From positions 7,874,001 through 7,938,000 of the forward strand of contig OZ024754.1 in NCBI GenBank assembly GCA_964016885.1: a DNA stretch of 64,000 nt. Direction: 5' to 3'. The first letter of the stretch is position 1. The number at the start of each line of letters is the position of its first letter. The notes beneath the pieces were generated by a model. That model did not search any database. It saw only the letters and a program-made list of their open reading frames with translations, and had not been told where the DNA came from. Below, in pieces: positions 58,531 to 64,000 of the stretch. The DNA is from Eledone cirrhosa. Its lineage: Eukaryota. The position numbers and the translations under genes are program-made.

Positions 58531-59644
58531 ATAGACAGTCGTAATCTAAATGAGTAAACAGATCTTTCAAACAACTAAGATACCTTACAAATTTCATATA
58601 AATGAATTGTGTTCTCGATAATGGAAATTGTGGAGTGGAATCAGACTTCCAGAAAAATATTTTGATTCTTCATCAAGAATCATACTTTTGTTTTCTTTTA
58701 TTTCTATTTTGTACTTTGGAACTCTTATGTGTAGTTCACAAAAAAGTGTGGCTATTTTCAGATTCGAAGAAGCACTGAGTTAAAGATATATAATAAGAGA
58801 ATATAAATTTCATTAATTAAGTGTGAGGATTGAAGAATGTAGAACAAATATTTAATTGGATAAATGAAGTACTAAAATTTCTGATATAAGAAGGAAACGT
58901 GACATTAACTGAACAATGTAAAACTAAGTGTTTAATAGTATTGAGCTTTGTTCCTCTAATTTCTGAAATAAAATTCTACTTGAGTTGACATTAAACTTCA
59001 TTATCACCAACCTTTAGTCGGTAATATAGACAATAGTAGTATATAATTGTCTATATTTCCACTTATATATTGTGTCTCCCTTTAATTCATTACAATATTT
59101 AAAAGAATGGTGTGAGTATGATCATCAGTCAGTGATGACGACTTAAGTACAAGTAATAATTATATTTGTGTTTTTCCATCTAATGGTTGTTCATCATCAT
59201 CATCGTCATCATCGTTTAACGTCTATCTTCCACGCCAGCGTGTGTTAGACGGGTTTGTCCCATTTAGAGGCAAGTTGGGTCGGGTGACTGTGTCTCACTT
59301 ATATAGGACTGTTTCTGGCTGGTTTACTACAGCTGGATGCCCTTCTTAGCACCAACCACATTATAGCGTGGGCTGGGTGCTTTTTGTCGTCCCACCTACA
59401 CGACACTATTTTTATATTAATAATATATTTATGTCAAACAAAAAATACCTATACTTTTTTTTTCGAGCTTATATTTGAAGGTCTGTTGCCTGCTAGAAAT
59501 AGCTGCCACATCTTCCACGGTTCAACCGTCTTATACGTTTAGTAATTGTTAATGTCTCCTAGTTCCACTCTTTTTATGATGTAAGTTAGGACCGAGGCGC
59601 AATAGTAATGGTAGATGCGATTCTTCCATCACACGTATGAAATA

Positions 59645-59757
59645 ATAATTGTTTCTACGTTTGGCACAAGGCCAGAAAATACCCCAGTGCATTACTGGTG
59701 CTTTATTTTATCGACCCCATAAGGATGAAAGGCAAAGTTAACCTGGGTGGGATTGAA
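59645..59757 (-). mobile_element. Truncated Nin-domain SINE
   Basis: Consensus match. Confidence 0.8.
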
Positions 59758-59880
59758 CGAATAAACTAATAATATACAATCAGCTGTTAATATATAGACA
59801 GTTTCAACAAATCAGTCTGTTGTCACTTGAACTACAATAAATAATAGTCAAATCTGAAAATCTCACCCAAATCTCTAACG

Positions 59881-60212
59881 CAGTGGTTCTTAACCTGGGG
59901 TGCCGGTACACCCAAGGGGTGCGAGGTACAGGTGTTAGGGATGCAAGCAAAGGTCTAGAAAAACAACTGTGTTTTCATTTCACTTCACATCATTCGGTGC
60001 TTCATAACTTTCCATTTATTTCTACATATTTATTTAATTAAATCATTGTAGTTAATTAATGAAATAGTAGCAACTAAGTAGCTGATAATTAGCTAATTAT
60101 TTGACTTGAAGATTCAAGTTATTTTATCTTATGTGCTAGGTCAAGGGTGTGGGATGGAATTTCAGAATCTCAAGGGAGGGACGCCGTGATAGAAAATGGT
60201 TACACACTATTG
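59881..60212. mobile_element. hAT-type MITE
   Basis: cagtggttcttaacc / ggttacacactattg ends; 8-bp TSD ctctaacg/ctctaagg. Confidence 0.65.
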
Positions 60213-61509
60213 CTCTAAGGAATATGGGAAATTTAGATACCTCCCTCTTTGTGAGAAACAGTGGTATGGAGTCGGAGAGAAGACCCACGATGATAAATCA
60301 ATATTAAAAAAATCTGGTCTTGGACTACAGACCTGAGACTAGAAAGACAAAAAGATAGGATTAACTCTATGGAAGTACATAAAAGTAAGTATATCAACAC
60401 CTCCTTAGTTTAACATCAACAACAAAATAGAAAATAATTCAACTGAAGTCTCACCTGTAAAGACAGAAAACTCCAATTACAAGGAACGAAAAAAAAATTC
60501 TCATATTTCCTTTCTTTTATGAGAGAAATATCACTCATTGACTTTTCTTCAGCACTAATACTATATATTGTTGTATCTCTCCCGGGCGTTCTTTTACGTA
60601 GGTTTACCAAATTATCTGATTCTCTTGTAATTACAGATAACGTTTCCTTAGACTTTTATTCCGTTTATCTTACACCTTTATTGTAGCTTTTTTCAATTTC
60701 ACTTATTATTAGATATATTTTTAGCCACATATAGGTAATATTTTCTTACATTTCCGATAACTATAACATTATATTAGTGTGATGTAGTATTTTGCTCTTT
60801 CACTACATAATTATATATACTAGCAGAAAAACCACCCTACGGGTTGTTTTCTGCTAGCATGTGTAGTGTGTATATTGATATTATATGCAAGTATATATGC
60901 ATGTAGATATGATACATCAAATAAAATCGTAATTGACAATATACACAGAAATTGAACAAAGCCTATATTACACTGTCTTCTGTAATCAGTAATCCATGAT
61001 ATATTTAAAAAAAGACATTATATATAAACTGCATTAGGAGAAAATTAGCGACGGAAATATATGCGATTATAAGTGTTGACATTTGATAATTTTAAAGAAG
61101 TGAATTTTAAAGATTAAGCTATAAAATATATTTAATCAACAGCCACGAAATTTAGCACACACAAATTATGTAATATTCATTTATTATTTATTCAAAGTAA
61201 TCCTACTTATTTTACAAACGGGGTAAAAAAATATATTCTGGACGCAATCCCGCAGACCTTCCTTTATTATAGTTAAGATATCTTGCACATTTCTTGATAT
61301 CAATCCTTTTCAAGGTTATTAGCTATGTTCTTTTAATGTACTTTCCTCTTTGTTATGTACATTAGGTTTTGTTTAAGTTTCAATTTGAGAGAATCTCATG
61401 TGAACTCGTCAGGTTTCACATGTTCATCTCACTTCTCACATGACAGTTTCACATACGGAATGTGAAGGTATACTGTACTGATAATTAAAACAAACACTCG
61501 TAATATCTT

Positions 61510-61607
61510 CTGGTGATGGTGATGAGGATTAGAAGGATGGTGATGATGGTGATGATGACGATTATAAAGATGATGATGATGATAGTGGTTGTGGAAATGA
61601 TGATGAT

Positions 61608-61647
<40 letters not shown>

Positions 61648-61762
61648 AGAAAGATGATGAGGATGATTAGGGGGGATGTGGTTGTGGAAATGATGCTGGT
61701 GGTAATGAGGATTAGAAGGACGGTGGTTGTGGTTGTGGAAATGATGGTGATGATGATCATGA
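61510..61762. repeat. (GAT)n-rich low-complexity repeat
   Basis: Directly visible. Confidence 0.9.
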
Positions 61763-62375
61763 TACGCCCAATCGTGCAAATCTAGAAAATAGATATTTAT
61801 CTTGTAGACATACGTGTAGCATGTTCTGGAGTTGGAAATGATGGTTTTATAAATATGTAAGAATCAGACGTGTTATATAGAAAGTTGCTTAACAAAATGT
61901 CCAAGTAAATATCCTTAATATCCAACAGAAATTTATTAGTCAAAGGAGCAAATGTCACTACAGCCGTTATTTCAAGGAGGGTTATTCCAGTGTTTACTGT
62001 ATCCTGTATCTTTCTCCTATTTCCTATAATCCATTCATAACACACACAAAAAAAAACATCCCCATACACTTTACATACATCAGGCACCAATAGATGATGA
62101 CAACATATCAGTTTCTTGAAATAGTAGTCGCTATAGATAATAAGAATATGTGTACAGGCGTCAATAGTGATAAAAAGTAGGAGCAGTGAATGTACTTCGC
62201 TGAATATAAATCTAATTGCTATACCATCAACTGACTGTTTTAATTAGCAGCTTCATGGTTCAGCTTTTGTTATAATTCTTCATATTTGTAGTTGTTACTC
62301 TTGCTACAGAAATCTAAAGGGTCTCCGTGTATACTATCTATCTTTCTTGCCAAATTGTTTCACATTCAATATTTC

Positions 62376-62551
62376 TGGCAGTATCAGTAGAGTGTCGGAC
62401 GCCATGCTTTCCAGCATAGTTACGTCCCTTTACGATCTGAGTTCAAATCCGGCCGAGGTTGACTTTGCCTTTCATCCTTACGGCGGTCGATAAAATAAAG
62501 TACCAGTAATGCACTGGCTAATTGCTGGCCTTGTGCCTAAAGTAGAAACAA
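62376..62551 (+). mobile_element. Nin-domain SINE
   Basis: Consensus match. Confidence 0.9.
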
Positions 62552-62574
62552 ATATTTCTATATGCACTATCCAT

Positions 62575-62840
62575 TCAGTGGTGGTAAGTGGCCTACTGGT
62601 AAGGATGTCGGGATTACAATCATAATGTTGTGGGTTTGATTCCTACGATGAGTTTTGTGTTGTGTTATTAAGCAAAACACTTCATTTGACGTTGCTCCAG
62701 TATACTCAGCTGAAAATGAGTAACAGCAATAACTGGGGGGGGGGGAGTAACGCTGCGATGGACTGGCGTCCTGTCCAGGGATGGGTGTCTTCTACCCTCA
62801 CTCACTTCACTCCAGGAAATCGTGATAAGCACTGGCTTGA
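62575..62840 (+). mobile_element. tRNA-derived SINE (second family)
   Basis: Homologous to 12150-12412. Confidence 0.75.
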
Positions 62841-63492
62841 GACAGACATTAGAATAGACTTAGACTATCCATTCAAGATGGTGAATTGGCAGATTCCTTA
62901 AATAGTCGCATAGAATGATATGCGGTAATCATTAATCATTTTGGCTCGCTGCTCTCTGGGTTCATACCGGACAAATGTCAACTTTGTCTGTCATCCTTTC
63001 GAGGTCGACACAAATGTACTAGTCTAGTAGTAGGATCGATTCTCACTTGTTCGTGTTTTTCTCGCTCCTTCTCTATCCTTCTCTATCCTTCTCTGGAAGA
63101 AGTCTGCTGTGTTCGGAGGTGGAAAGGAGATGAGCTCTGTCAAAATTTAGAAAAATTACCCAAGAAACGATGCATGTCAATATGGCGCCCCTACAACTAC
63201 ATCAGCAGTTATTTGTGTATAGATTGACTATCCATCCAGGGTTATTCGATACTTAACCATTGTACCTATTTTTATTATGCATCAACCTTATTGAGCCGGG
63301 TAGATTCTTTCTAGCATGGATTCCCGTAGATTTATCCGTCCTCAGTTCACTGAATCATAGAAAGATGTGAATTTTATACAAATATCCTTTCTTACTAACT
63401 CCCCCCCCCCCCCCAACACACCGTTTTTGCAATATAAAGAGAATGTATCAAATTAATTTTAGCACAAAGTTCATATTATATCAGCAATATGA

Positions 63493-63752
63493 GGGCGGTG
63501 GATTGGCAGTATCGGTAGAGGGTTGGACACCATGCTTTGCCGCATAGAGTTACACTCTTTACGTTCTGAGTTCAAATCCCACCAAGGTTAACTTTGCCTT
63601 TCATCCTTACGGGGTCGATAAAATAAAGCACCAGTAACGTACTGGGGTCGATAAAATAAAGCATCTGTAACGTACTGGGGTCGATTTAATCGACTTTCGC
63701 CTTCCCTTAAAAAAAATTACTGGCCATGTGCCTCTACTAGAAATCATTATAT
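63493..63752 (+). mobile_element. Nin-domain SINE with internal duplication
   Basis: Consensus match; ggggtcgataaaataaagca duplicated. Confidence 0.85.
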
Positions 63753-64000
63753 TAGAAAATATTTAGCTGTGGAAATATCTATTATCTAACCTCAGCATGT
63801 GATTATATTCCATGTAGAATATTGGTTTCATACTCGTTCATTTTCCCTTAACACATTTTTAGCAAAACGAAATGAAAAACGAAAAATATTATATTCAATA
63901 TATTTGGAAGAAGGAAAAGAGGAACTTTTTTAATTTGATGAATGCAATTACATTCTGATGAAAATTGTTTCTTCGTTTTGAATATTTGAGTGTATTTCCG

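Noticed and set aside
61429-61785. His-rich or Met-rich protein ORFs
   Set aside because: Translation of a (GAT)n low-complexity repeat, open in several frames.

Overview
AT-rich, repeat-dominated eukaryotic non-coding DNA. It is most likely an octopod cephalopod, inferred from the tRNA/Nin-domain SINEs and the giant (TA)n/(TACA)n arrays. I found no host gene exon that I can support. All long ORFs in the track are microsatellite artefacts, except retroelement remnants: a Penelope-like GIY-YIG endonuclease 3' end (2878-3992, -), a frameshifted CR1-type LINE ORF2 (5219-7217, -) and several RTE/Ingi-like 3' fragments. Other repeats are about 30 SINE copies, two hAT-type MITEs (one carrying a 37-bp minisatellite) and a 346-bp SINE-containing tandem array. 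The main hidden signal is RNA structure. Roughly 28 type I hammerhead ribozyme (HHR) motifs, read by eye, fall into at least six sequence families, several with covarying stems. They sit in short non-coding Penelope-like (pLTR-type) elements, mostly inserted in (TA)n. Arrangements include inverted pairs, perfect head-to-head palindromes, a U3-A8 core variant and a ~415-bp tandem array with one HHR per unit (retrozyme-like). Folds are manual and catalytic activity is untested.
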